A DNA stretch of 64,000 bases, from contig JAFXCZ010000008.1 in NCBI GenBank assembly GCA_017516445.1, positions 1,193 through 65,192 of the forward strand. Reading direction: 5' to 3'. The stretch is from Clostridia bacterium. Lineage in GTDB: Bacteria; Bacillota; Clostridia; Oscillospirales; Acutalibacteraceae. The first letter of the stretch is position 1. Each line of letters starts with the position of its first letter. Positions 25,147 to 33,867 of the stretch are shown here, piece by piece. The notes below the pieces were generated by a model. The model saw only the letters and a program-made list of their open reading frames with translations, ran no database searches and was not told where the DNA came from. Both the position numbers and the translations under genes were made by a program.

Positions 25147-25175
25147 ATTATATAGTTATAAATATAAAATGTCAA
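25147..25175 (-). promoter_or_regulatory. consensus sigma-A promoter upstream of the truncated tRNA copy
   Basis: Minus strand TTGACA (25175-25170), 17-nt spacer, TATAAT (25152-25147). Confidence 0.65.
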
Positions 25176-25198
25176 TCTTTTTTTAAAGATTGACATTT
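25167..25198 (-). terminator. hairpin after plsC whose 3' arm supplies the -35 of the tRNA promoter
   Basis: Perfect 14-bp arms AAATGTCAATCTTT / AAAGATTGACATTT with a 4-nt loop. The tail is TTATATTTAT. Confidence 0.5.
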
Positions 25199-25201
25199 GT
25201 T

Positions 25202-26032
25202 TTATTGGGTTTTTATTTCTGTGAGGGCGGTTTCCATTAAATTGTGGATTTTATCACCCAATTCATTAGTGTTCATACCCGCATAATCTTCGGGATACAA
25301 AATATCAATTACACGAAAATCCACCGCACAGCCGCGCCAAATCATTCTTTTAGGAATTTTTCGGGTGCCGTTAAGCACGCAAACAACGATTGGCACATTT
25401 GTTTTTAGAGCAATCTTAAGAGCGCCCGTTCTAAAAGGCAGCAATTCACAGTTTTTGCTAGTATAGCCCTCAGGAAATACCGCAATAGAAGCCTTGTCAG
25501 CCTTAAGATATCTTATTGCCTCAATAATAGTTTTTGCGGCTTCGCGGTTATTCTCTCTATCAATCGGCAAGCCGTAAAGCTTATGCATTATTTTACCGAT
25601 TATAGGCATTTTTTTATAAATTTCCTTTTTGCCGATGAAACCGATTTCATTATCGGGAAAAGCCGACCAGATAATAGCGGGGTCAAAATCGTGCTGATGG
25701 TTGCAAAGAAAAAGCATTTTTCTGTCGGTAGGAACTTGGTCTAAAGGAATACCGCTTAAATTTATTTTCACCCTTGCCAAGCTGACTATAAGCGGCAAGG
25801 TGCACTTCAAAACAAACCTGTAATACCTGGCTCCCTTTTCCTTGTCGGATTTAAAGCTTACAAATGCAAATGATAGTAAAAACCAAAGTAAATGTAAGAT
25901 TACAAATCCCAAGAAAAAGCCCACAATCAAAAGCGGCACCAGCCACCAGGAATAGCTTTGACGTAATATTTCAAAAAAATTGTTAAGAAAAGGTATTAAA
26001 GCCACACTTAACACCAAATAAAAATATATCAT
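25202..26032 (-). CDS. plsC: 1-acyl-sn-glycerol-3-phosphate acyltransferase family protein with N-terminal TM helices
   Basis: HX4D motif NHQHDFD and a downstream FPEGYTS block. ATG at 26032 is preceded by GAGGT. Confidence 0.85.
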   Translation of the reverse strand: MIYFYLVLSVALIPFLNNFFEILRQSYSWWLVPLLIVGFFLGFVILHLLWFLLSFAFVSFKSDKEKGARYYRFVLKCTLPLIVSLARVKINLSGIPLDQVPTDRKMLFLCNHQHDFDPAIIWSAFPDNEIGFIGKKEIYKKMPIIGKIMHKLYGLPIDRENNREAAKTIIEAIRYLKADKASIAVFPEGYTSKNCELLPFRTGALKIALKTNVPIVVCVLNGTRKIPKRMIWRGCAVDFRVIDILYPEDYAGMNTNELGDKIHNLMETALTEIKTQ

Positions 26033-26040
26033 TTTAAACC

Positions 26041-26220
26041 TCAATTTTGCTTTCTGACAATGCCATACTCATCATAAAAATTAAAATAAGGGCAGTTAAA
26101 GGTTTGCGCCGTCATAAAACGTTGCATTTCATCCTCGTCCAAATTTACCTCGCAAAAATAGCAGTCACATTCATCATCATAAACATAATTAGAGCAGTTT
26201 TCGCAATTGGTTTTTTTCAT
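26041..26220 (-). CDS. small Cys-rich protein (59 aa, zinc-ribbon-like), absent from the ORF track
   Basis: ATG at 26220 has AGGAGA 6 nt upstream. Sequence MKKTNCENCSNYVYDDECDCYFCEVNLDEDEMQRFMTAQTFNCPYFNFYDEYGIVRKQN. It fits tightly between the LCP stop and the plsC start. Confidence 0.6.
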   Translation of the reverse strand: MKKTNCENCSNYVYDDECDCYFCEVNLDEDEMQRFMTAQTFNCPYFNFYDEYGIVRKQN

Positions 26221-26229
26221 AACGCTCTC

Positions 26230-27762
26230 CTATTGTGTGGTGGTATTATCCGAGGATGTACTTTCTTGCGGATTATTAGGCGTGTTTTCAGACGGTGTCT
26301 GTTCGCTACCCTGTTCCCCGCTGCCCGAAGATTCTTCACTTGAGGGCGTTACTTCACTTGAAGATTCAGCCTCGCTCGAAGATTCGTTATCAACCGAGGG
26401 AATCTCCTCACTGCTGTCTATATTAGTACTGGGTGTAGAGGGTATTACTTCAGACGGTGTGCTTGAAGCCTCACTCGAAGAATCGGTGCTTTGGGTGGGT
26501 TCTTTTTGGGAGCTTGAGCCTGAAGAATTACCCGACGAGCCACTAGAGCCGCCGAACATATTCCTGTACCAGTCATTCTTGCCTATACCGTTAGCCTCTA
26601 CATAATCCTCGGGGGTTATATTATCATAGAAAAAAGCATGCAATAAATCCTTTGCAAAATCCAAATCATAATAAACACATGAGCCAACACGTGCAATACT
26701 AGGTGCCTTCATCTGATACTCGCTCAGCGGCATTCTTGTCTGCTCAAAGGTAGGTGAAGACAAAAGCACATCAACCGCAAGGCCCATAATCTCACTGTAA
26801 GAGAGCGAGGTTTCGGTATATGGGATAAGCGCCTTAACAAGCTTTACATATTTAGATTTAGGCAATGTAAGCGCCTTATTGAAAAGCTGTTCCATAACAT
26901 AACGCTGACGGTCAGTTCTGCCGAAATCGTTATTAGTACCCCAAACATTCACAAATTTGCGGATACGCGAATATGCTACCGCCTGAATACCGTTAACGTG
27001 ATGCTTACCCTCTGTTTTTATATAATACGGCTGAGGGTCTATATCAAGCTTATTACAATGACGTTTTATAAGTCCGTTTAAACCGTCACTGTGGTTAGTG
27101 CTAACCTCTTGCTTAGTGAGTTCAACATCGATACCGCCAACGGCATCAATAATTTCAGCCATACCGAAGAAATTAACCGTAGCATACTCCGAAATATCGA
27201 GACCGAAATTTCTGTTAATAGTCTTGATTGCAAGCTCCGGCCCGCCCAAAGCATAAGCACTGTTAATTTTGTTATAGGTGGTTTTGCCGTTTCTTTCAAT
27301 CTTAACAAGCGAGTCACGCATAATTGAAACAATCTTGACGGTCTTTAATTCAGTATTAATGCTAAGCACCATAATACTGTCGGAATTACCCTTAAAGGAT
27401 TTAATACTTCTGGTGTCAATACCGAAAAGCGCCACGTTTACAATTTTCTTATCAATTACATTTTCAAAGCCCAAATCGTCAGGATTGGCGGTTATATTAT
27501 TGTAATTATAGCCAAAGTATGAGAAGAAAACTATTACCAAAACCAAAATAACAGCGACAAAAGCCGTAACCGTACTCAAGGTGATTTTTTGCCACTTTTT
27601 AAGCCTTTTCCACCACCCAGATATAGCGGTGCCTATTCTTTGAAAGAAGCCCGCAATACCACGTTTTTTCTTCTTAAAGCGGTGGCTTTTATAGGTTTCA
27701 TCCGCAGTCATTAAATCAAAATTATCAGGATTTGTATTCACTTTAAAACCTTTATTTTCCAT
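26230..27762 (-). CDS. LCP (LytR-CpsA-Psr) family cell-wall polymer ligase with a Ser/Glu/Thr-rich C-terminal tail
   Basis: N-terminal TM helix, then NVALFGIDTR...SDSIMVLSIN...RDSLV LCP core. The last 100 aa or so are low complexity (SSGSSGNSSGSSS..SSEASSTPSE..). Confidence 0.85.
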   Translation of the reverse strand: MENKGFKVNTNPDNFDLMTADETYKSHRFKKKKRGIAGFFQRIGTAISGWWKRLKKWQKITLSTVTAFVAVILVLVIVFFSYFGYNYNNITANPDDLGFENVIDKKIVNVALFGIDTRSIKSFKGNSDSIMVLSINTELKTVKIVSIMRDSLVKIERNGKTTYNKINSAYALGGPELAIKTINRNFGLDISEYATVNFFGMAEIIDAVGGIDVELTKQEVSTNHSDGLNGLIKRHCNKLDIDPQPYYIKTEGKHHVNGIQAVAYSRIRKFVNVWGTNNDFGRTDRQRYVMEQLFNKALTLPKSKYVKLVKALIPYTETSLSYSEIMGLAVDVLLSSPTFEQTRMPLSEYQMKAPSIARVGSCVYYDLDFAKDLLHAFFYDNITPEDYVEANGIGKNDWYRNMFGGSSGSSGNSSGSSSQKEPTQSTDSSSEASSTPSEVIPSTPSTNIDSSEEIPSVDNESSSEAESSSEVTPSSEESSGSGEQGSEQTPSENTPNNPQESTSSDNTTTQ

Positions 27763-27771
27763 AATACACCT

Positions 27772-28593
27772 TTAAATCAACATTTCTTTATAAATGTCGC
27801 CTTTTTTAAGTCCTGTAATATTTGCAGCTTCCTTTGCGGCAGACGAGGTTGACATACCGTCATCTACCAGTTTTTTTGCAATGCTTACGGCATCCTCTAA
27901 AGTGTATTCCCTCTGTTCTTCCGCAGCACCGCTTATTATAAGCACAAATTCCCCACGCGGAGTGTTTTGTGTATAATACTCAATCGCTTCTGTAAAATTA
28001 GTGTGAAAAACTGTTTCGTGCAACTTTGTAAGCTCACGCACTATCGCAATATCGCGTTCACCGAAAGCCGAAAGCATATCGCCGAGCGTTGCAAGCAGTT
28101 TATGAGGTGCCTCATAAAACACCATTGTGCGTTTTTCGGTTTTAAGCTCCTGCAAGTGAAGTCTTCTGCCGTTTTTCTGAGTGGTCAAAAAGCCTTCAAA
28201 ACAAAACCTTCCCGACGGCATACCCGAAATTGAAAGCGCAGTAGTAATAGCACTCGGTCCCGGTACCGACTCTACAGGAATATTATTCTGATAGCAAAGC
28301 CTTACCAAATCTTCACCGGGGTCTGATATAGCAGGCATTCCCGCATCGGATACCACTGCACAGGTTTCTCCGCGCAGAAGCCTTTCCAAAATTAAGTTAC
28401 CCTTTACAGCTTTATTATGCTCATAATAAGCGAGCATTTCCTTTTTTATGCCAAAATGATTAAGCAGCTTTACGGTAACACGGGTATCCTCAACTGCTAA
28501 AAAATCAACCTTTTCGAGAGTTTCAATAGCACGGGGACTGAAATCCCCCAAGTTACCTATCGGCGTACCTACAACATAAAGCTTACCCGACAT
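27772..28593 (-). CDS. rsmI: 16S rRNA (cytidine1402-2'-O)-methyltransferase
   Basis: Motifs GKLYVVGTPIGNLGDFSPRA and DAGMPAISDPG (tetrapyrrole methylase fold, RsmI type). Confidence 0.9.
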   Translation of the reverse strand: MSGKLYVVGTPIGNLGDFSPRAIETLEKVDFLAVEDTRVTVKLLNHFGIKKEMLAYYEHNKAVKGNLILERLLRGETCAVVSDAGMPAISDPGEDLVRLCYQNNIPVESVPGPSAITTALSISGMPSGRFCFEGFLTTQKNGRRLHLQELKTEKRTMVFYEAPHKLLATLGDMLSAFGERDIAIVRELTKLHETVFHTNFTEAIEYYTQNTPRGEFVLIISGAAEEQREYTLEDAVSIAKKLVDDGMSTSSAAKEAANITGLKKGDIYKEMLI

Positions 28594-29324
28594 TATAAAT
28601 ACGCCTCCTTATAAGCGCCGTAAATGTTAATCATTTCATCCGAAAATTTTCCGTTTTCTTCCACATAAAGCGTAGGCTCTATGCGAAGACCTGTTTTGCC
28701 GCAGCGTCTGCCCTCTACGAGCACAAGCCAAGGCTCTTGCCCCTGACGCTGACACACAAGACGAAGCCTTTTAGGCTCTACCTTACATTCGCTCATAAGC
28801 CGCATAAGCTCACTAAGTCTTTCAGGGCGGTGGCACATACAAAGCCTGCCACCCGTCTGCAAAAGCTTGGCAGAAACCTCAATTATATCACGCAAGGTAC
28901 ATTCCACCTCGTGCCTTGCAACCTTTAAAAGACTTTCAGGGTTTTGAATACCTGCATTATTAGCCTTGTATGGCGGATTACAAGTAACAAGGGTATGGCA
29001 CCCAAACTCCACCTTACCCTTTAACGCCTTTAAGTCGCAATTTATTGCAGTGAAATTTGTAAGCCCTAACTCTTTTTTGGTTTTTTCTGCAAGACTAATT
29101 GCCTGTTCGCTTATATCCACACCCACAGCCGATAAAAGCTTTTTGTCGCGAAGCATTAAAAAGGGTATGATTCCACAGCCGGTGCCCAAATCTACCATTT
29201 TATCCTGTGTGCGTGCCTTAGCGAAATTTGCGAGCAATACCGCATCGGTGCCAAAGGTATGAAATTTGTTTACATAAAGATAAAAGTCCTTGCCTAACGG
29301 CTCTTTTTTTATGCTCTGCTCCAT
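28593..29324 (-). CDS. tRNA (adenine-N6)-methyltransferase, YfiC/TrmN6-like
   Basis: Motif I is VDLGTGCGI and motif IV is NPPY. It commonly sits next to rsmI. Confidence 0.75.
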   Translation of the reverse strand: MEQSIKKEPLGKDFYLYVNKFHTFGTDAVLLANFAKARTQDKMVDLGTGCGIIPFLMLRDKKLLSAVGVDISEQAISLAEKTKKELGLTNFTAINCDLKALKGKVEFGCHTLVTCNPPYKANNAGIQNPESLLKVARHEVECTLRDIIEVSAKLLQTGGRLCMCHRPERLSELMRLMSECKVEPKRLRLVCQRQGQEPWLVLVEGRRCGKTGLRIEPTLYVEENGKFSDEMINIYGAYKEAYL

Positions 29325-30697
29325 TTTACGCCCTGTGGGGTATCTTCCAAAATAATACCCATTTCTTTAAGCTTATCACGGATTTCGTCAGCGGTCTTGA
29401 AGTCTTTTGCCTTGCGAGCCTCAGTACGCTTTTCAATAAGTGCTTCAATCTCGCTATCCAAATTTTCTTCTTTACGGTTATACACAAGACCTAAAACACC
29501 TGTTAATTGGTCAAACATATCAGCACAAGCCTCTAATGTAGCCTTTTTAGCACCGTTTGCAATAACGCTGTTAATATCACGCACAAGAGTGAAAATAGCA
29601 GCTAAAGCATCAGCGGTGTTGAGGTCATCCTCCATAGCAGCGATAAACTCGTTTTTGCGTTCTTCAATAAATGCAGGCACTTCTCCGCCCTCTTCTGCGT
29701 TTTTAAGCGCAAAATCAATATTATCACGGCAGGTGTAAAGACGCTCAAGCGAGTTTTTAGCCTGTTCGATAATATCAACCGAGTAGTTTATAGGACTTCT
29801 GTACTGTGAAGAAATAAGGAAATAACGAATCGGCTCATAACCGAATTTATCCGCAACGTCACGTACAGTAAAGAAGTTATTTAAGGATTTTGACATTTTG
29901 TGATTGTCAACATTGATAAATCCGTTATGCATCCAATAATGCGCAAAGTCGCAGCCGTTAGCCGCCTCACTCTGAGCAATTTCGTTTTCATGGTGGGGGA
30001 AAATAAGGTCAAGACCGCCGCAGTGGATATCAATAGTTTTACCTAAATATCTGCCAGCCATAGCCGAGCACTCAATATGCCAACCGGGTCTGCCCTTACC
30101 CCAAGGTGACTCCCAGAAAGGCTCGCCCTCTTTAGCACCTTTCCAAAGGCAGAAATCCATTGGGTCTTCCTTAATATCTGCACCGCCGTCAACGCGGTTA
30201 CTTGCACCCTCTGCCAAATCTTCAAGCGGCTGATGTGAAAGCTTGCCGTATTCGCCGAATTTTTTAGCGCGGTAATAAACGTCACCGCCAACAGCATAAG
30301 CATAGCCCTTTTCAATAAGAGCCGAGATTATGCCCTGAATTTCAGCAATATTATCGGTAGCGCGGGGATGAACAGTAGCCTCACGAACGTTAAGTCCCTT
30401 AGCATCTGTCCAGAATTCACCTATAAATCTTTCGGCAACCTCGGGTACAGTAATACCCTCAGCATTAGCCTTGTTTATAAGCTTATCATCAATATCAGTA
30501 AAATTCTGAACAAAATTAACCTTAAAGCCACGCCACTCGAAATAACGGCGCAAAACGTCGAACACGCAAAGCGGACGCGCATTACCGATATGAATATAGT
30601 TGTAAACCGTTGGACCGCAGGCGTAAATTTTAACCTCGCCCTCGGTTATAGGCTTAAATTCGTCCTTTTGACGTGTAAGTGTATTGAAAATTTTCAT
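29309..30697 (-). CDS. cysS: cysteine--tRNA ligase
   Basis: HIGN (HIGH-type) and KMSKS motifs in a class I fold, with CysRS-specific WHIECS. Confidence 0.95.
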   Translation of the reverse strand: MKIFNTLTRQKDEFKPITEGEVKIYACGPTVYNYIHIGNARPLCVFDVLRRYFEWRGFKVNFVQNFTDIDDKLINKANAEGITVPEVAERFIGEFWTDAKGLNVREATVHPRATDNIAEIQGIISALIEKGYAYAVGGDVYYRAKKFGEYGKLSHQPLEDLAEGASNRVDGGADIKEDPMDFCLWKGAKEGEPFWESPWGKGRPGWHIECSAMAGRYLGKTIDIHCGGLDLIFPHHENEIAQSEAANGCDFAHYWMHNGFINVDNHKMSKSLNNFFTVRDVADKFGYEPIRYFLISSQYRSPINYSVDIIEQAKNSLERLYTCRDNIDFALKNAEEGGEVPAFIEERKNEFIAAMEDDLNTADALAAIFTLVRDINSVIANGAKKATLEACADMFDQLTGVLGLVYNRKEENLDSEIEALIEKRTEARKAKDFKTADEIRDKLKEMGIILEDTPQGVKWSRA

Positions 30698-31323
30698 TTT
30701 ACTTTCTCCTTTAACAATGCTTCAAGCTCTTCAATTCTGGCTTCGAGCGAATCCATTTTTTGTTTAACAGGGTCGGGTATGTGTATCTGGTCAAGTGCCA
30801 CACGCTTGCCGTCCTGACGGACAACACGTGCAGGTACACCCACAACCGTAGAATTAGGCGGTACCTCTTCAAGCACCACAGCACCTGCGGCAACGCGGGA
30901 ATTATCGCCAATTTTAAAGGGACCTAAAACCTTAGCGCCGGCGCTTATCATAACATTATTACCAATGGTTGGGTGGCGTTTGCCTGTATCCTTACCCGTA
31001 CCACCTAGCGTTACACCCTGATAAATCAGTACATCATCACCGATTTCGGTGGTTTCGCCTATTACAACCCCTGTTCCGTGGTCGATAACAAGGCGTCTGC
31101 CGATAGTAGCACCCGGATGGATTTCAATACCTGTTTTTCTAGCCGCTCTTTGTGACACCAAACGAGCGAGAAACATCATATTATGCTTATAATAAAAATG
31201 TGCGCGGCGGTGCATTCTTACAGCCTTAACGCCTGGGTAAAGAAAGAATACCTCCCAGAAGCTTCGCGCCGCAGGGTCGCGGTCGCGCACAGCGTTTACA
31301 TCTTCAATTATCCGCTTAAACAA
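30694..31323 (-). CDS. cysE: serine O-acetyltransferase
   Basis: Motif IHPGATIGRRLVIDHGTGVVIGETTEIGDDV hexapeptide repeats. ATGA overlap with cysS. Confidence 0.9.
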   Translation of the reverse strand: MFKRIIEDVNAVRDRDPAARSFWEVFFLYPGVKAVRMHRRAHFYYKHNMMFLARLVSQRAARKTGIEIHPGATIGRRLVIDHGTGVVIGETTEIGDDVLIYQGVTLGGTGKDTGKRHPTIGNNVMISAGAKVLGPFKIGDNSRVAAGAVVLEEVPPNSTVVGVPARVVRQDGKRVALDQIHIPDPVKQKMDSLEARIEELEALLKEKVK

Positions 31324-31338
31324 AATATCACCTACTGT

Positions 31339-31929
31339 TTATTTTGCGTTGGCTATATACTGTCTTCCGCCCCAAATATAAATTGCGCCCGAAATAACAC
31401 AAAGCACTGCCGAAATCCAGAACAACGCGATAACAACCATATTAAGCACCTCAAAAGCATTACTGCTTATCGGTACAAACTCATTAAAAGCATATACCAA
31501 CAGAGCAAAAATAATACCTGCCATTTGGCTTACGGTTTTACACTTGCCCCACATATTAGCCGCTACAACCTTGCCGCCCGCAGTAACCGCTACCAAGCGG
31601 ATAGAGGAAACTGCAAATTCTCTGAAAAGGACTATAAAGGTTATAACAACTATCTGCCAACTGAATTTACTGCCGCCATACACAAACATAAAGCCAAGGT
31701 ATGCGCTGGTAGTAAGCATTTTATCAGCCAACGGGTCCATAAATTTGCCAAAATCGGTTACCATATTGTACTTTCTTGCCATTTGTCCGTCTATCATATC
31801 GGTAAGTGAAGCCGCTATAAAAAGTAAAAGCGAAACCGAATAATGATATGGAAAAGCGATAAGCATAATTGCCATAAAAATTGGGGTTGCAATCATTCTT
31901 GCTAATGTAAGTTTATTTGGGGTATTCAT
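31339..31929 (-). CDS. pgsA: CDP-diacylglycerol--glycerol-3-phosphate 3-phosphatidyltransferase
   Basis: CDP-alcohol phosphatidyltransferase motif DMIDGQMAR...GKFMDPLADK. Confidence 0.9.
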   Translation of the reverse strand: MNTPNKLTLARMIATPIFMAIMLIAFPYHYSVSLLLFIAASLTDMIDGQMARKYNMVTDFGKFMDPLADKMLTTSAYLGFMFVYGGSKFSWQIVVITFIVLFREFAVSSIRLVAVTAGGKVVAANMWGKCKTVSQMAGIIFALLVYAFNEFVPISSNAFEVLNMVVIALFWISAVLCVISGAIYIWGGRQYIANAK

Positions 31930-33272
31930 TCCTCTAACTCTCCTAATAAGTCGTATTCAAGACAGTCATTTATTCTGACCTTTACAAACTCGCCTATTAC
32001 AAGCGGTCTTGTTGACATAAAGAAAATCTTTCCGTCAACCTCGGGTGCATCACCCGTTGTTCTGCCAAAATAACATTTTATATAATCGTCCCAGCCCTCA
32101 ATTAAAACCTCAGCGACTGTACCGATTTTTTCCTCATTCTTTTCACTTGCAATAACGGTTTGCATATCCATAATATTTTCCATACGCGAAACCTTTGTTT
32201 GCTCATCTACCTGATTTTCAAATTCTGCGGCAAGTGTATCCTCTTCGGCAGAATATGTAAAACAACCGAGCCTATCAAAGCGTGTTGCCTTTACAAATTC
32301 GCACAATTCACAAAACTGCTCATCAGTTTCCCCAGGGAAGCCTGTAATAAAGGTTGTTCTAAGGGTGATTTCAGGGATTTTTGCGCGTATTTTATTTATA
32401 AGCGCCTCAAGACTTGTTTTATCGCCCTTGCGGTTCATTTTCTTTAGAATTTCACCGTTTACGTGCTGAAGCGGAATATCTAAATACTTAACAAGCTTGG
32501 GCTCGTTTGCTAACACTTCTAAAAGCTCGTCGGTGATTTTATCTGGATAGGTGTAAAGGGTTCTTATCCAATGAATACCGTCAACCTTACACAATTCCTC
32601 CAACAGCCTTGGAAGCTCTGACTTGCCGTAAATATCAGTACCGTAGGCTGTAGTGTCCTGAGCTACGACAATAAGCTCTTTAACACCCATATTTGCAAGC
32701 TCTTTTGCTTCGGCTACACAATCTTCAATAGTACGGCTTCTGAGTCTTCCGCGGATTTGGGGTATAGCGCAATAGGTACAGCAGTTATCACAGCCGTCTG
32801 CCACCTTTAAGTAAGCAGTAAACGGATAACCACCCAAAATACGCTTGCCGTTCAAATCCAAATCGGTCTTAGCTCCAAAAGAGTTTTGGCAGTTGCCCTC
32901 AATAGCATTTTTAACAATCTCAGCTATATTTCCGTTAGAGCCTATACCTACACAAACATCCACCTCAGGTATTTCCTCGGTAACGTCATCCTTATATCTC
33001 TCAGCAAGACAGCCTGTTACAATAAGCGCCTTGCAGTTGCCCTCTGCCTTATAACGAGAAGCCTCAAGGATATTTTCAATAGCCTCTGCCTTGGCATCCT
33101 CTATAAAGCCACAGGTATTTATAATAATTGCATCAGCCGCAGCCTCTTCGGGCGAGATTTCAAACCCTGCTTCACGCAGAGAATAAAGCATCATTTCAGC
33201 GTCGACCTGATTTTTAGGACAGCCGAGCGATACCATACTTACTTTATACATAATCTTCCTCTGATTCTTCAA
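31926..33272 (-). CDS. rimO: ribosomal protein S12 methylthiotransferase RimO (start may be the ATG at 33251)
   Basis: N-terminal SLGCPKNQVD, radical SAM motif CDNCCTYCAIP, and a C-terminal TRAM domain. Confidence 0.9.
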   Translation of the reverse strand: MKNQRKIMYKVSMVSLGCPKNQVDAEMMLYSLREAGFEISPEEAAADAIIINTCGFIEDAKAEAIENILEASRYKAEGNCKALIVTGCLAERYKDDVTEEIPEVDVCVGIGSNGNIAEIVKNAIEGNCQNSFGAKTDLDLNGKRILGGYPFTAYLKVADGCDNCCTYCAIPQIRGRLRSRTIEDCVAEAKELANMGVKELIVVAQDTTAYGTDIYGKSELPRLLEELCKVDGIHWIRTLYTYPDKITDELLEVLANEPKLVKYLDIPLQHVNGEILKKMNRKGDKTSLEALINKIRAKIPEITLRTTFITGFPGETDEQFCELCEFVKATRFDRLGCFTYSAEEDTLAAEFENQVDEQTKVSRMENIMDMQTVIASEKNEEKIGTVAEVLIEGWDDYIKCYFGRTTGDAPEVDGKIFFMSTRPLVIGEFVKVRINDCLEYDLLGELEE

Positions 33273-33867
33273 TATAACTTTTAAGCGCTTCTCTTACAAC
33301 GCTATACGAAAAGCCTTTTCGCACCAAAGCGGCAAACACCTTTTCGCCGCCTTTTTCCTGTGCGAGCTTCGACCTATATTTCTTTTCTATAAGATTTTTG
33401 ACCTGTGCTTGCTCGTCGGTTTCATCCTCTGCCAAAATTTGCTTTGCAAGGTCATAGGGTACACCCTTTAAAAGCATTTTTTGTACTGCCTCACGCTTAG
33501 ACACATTAGAAGCCATAAGGCGCTCGGCATAATTTCTGGCAAAACGCTCATCATCCAAAAGACCGACCTCTAAAAAACGGGCAATAACCTTGGCGGCAGC
33601 CTCCCTTTTAAAGCCTGCCCTCACAAGCTTATCATAAAGGCCCTTTTCGGTATGGTCGTTACGGTCAAGATACCACACCGCGCGCGATTTTGCTCTGCGG
33701 TAATCCGACTCGTCACAAAGCAGCTTTAAATAATCCGCTTCGATTTCCATACCCGATTTTAAGCATTTTTCCGAGCAAACATCATTATCTATAAGAACTT
33801 CGCCCCCGTCAGAGAGTAAAACCCTTGTTAAATGGAGCTTATCCTTTTTTAAATTTAATATTTGCAT
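33244..33867 (-). CDS. recX: recombination regulator RecX
   Basis: Lies immediately downstream of recA with a 1-nt overlap. Three-helix repeat pattern (..YLDRNDHTEKGLYDKLVRAGF..). Confidence 0.9.
   Translation of the reverse strand: MQILNLKKDKLHLTRVLLSDGGEVLIDNDVCSEKCLKSGMEIEADYLKLLCDESDYRRAKSRAVWYLDRNDHTEKGLYDKLVRAGFKREAAAKVIARFLEVGLLDDERFARNYAERLMASNVSKREAVQKMLLKGVPYDLAKQILAEDETDEQAQVKNLIEKKYRSKLAQEKGGEKVFAALVRKGFSYSVVREALKSYIEESEEDYV

Noticed and set aside
26207-26605. 132-aa plus-strand ORF (LEDS-rich) antisense to the LCP gene tail
   Set aside because: It is the mirror image of the Ser/Glu-rich low-complexity coding region of the well-supported LCP gene. It has no SD and no independent signal.
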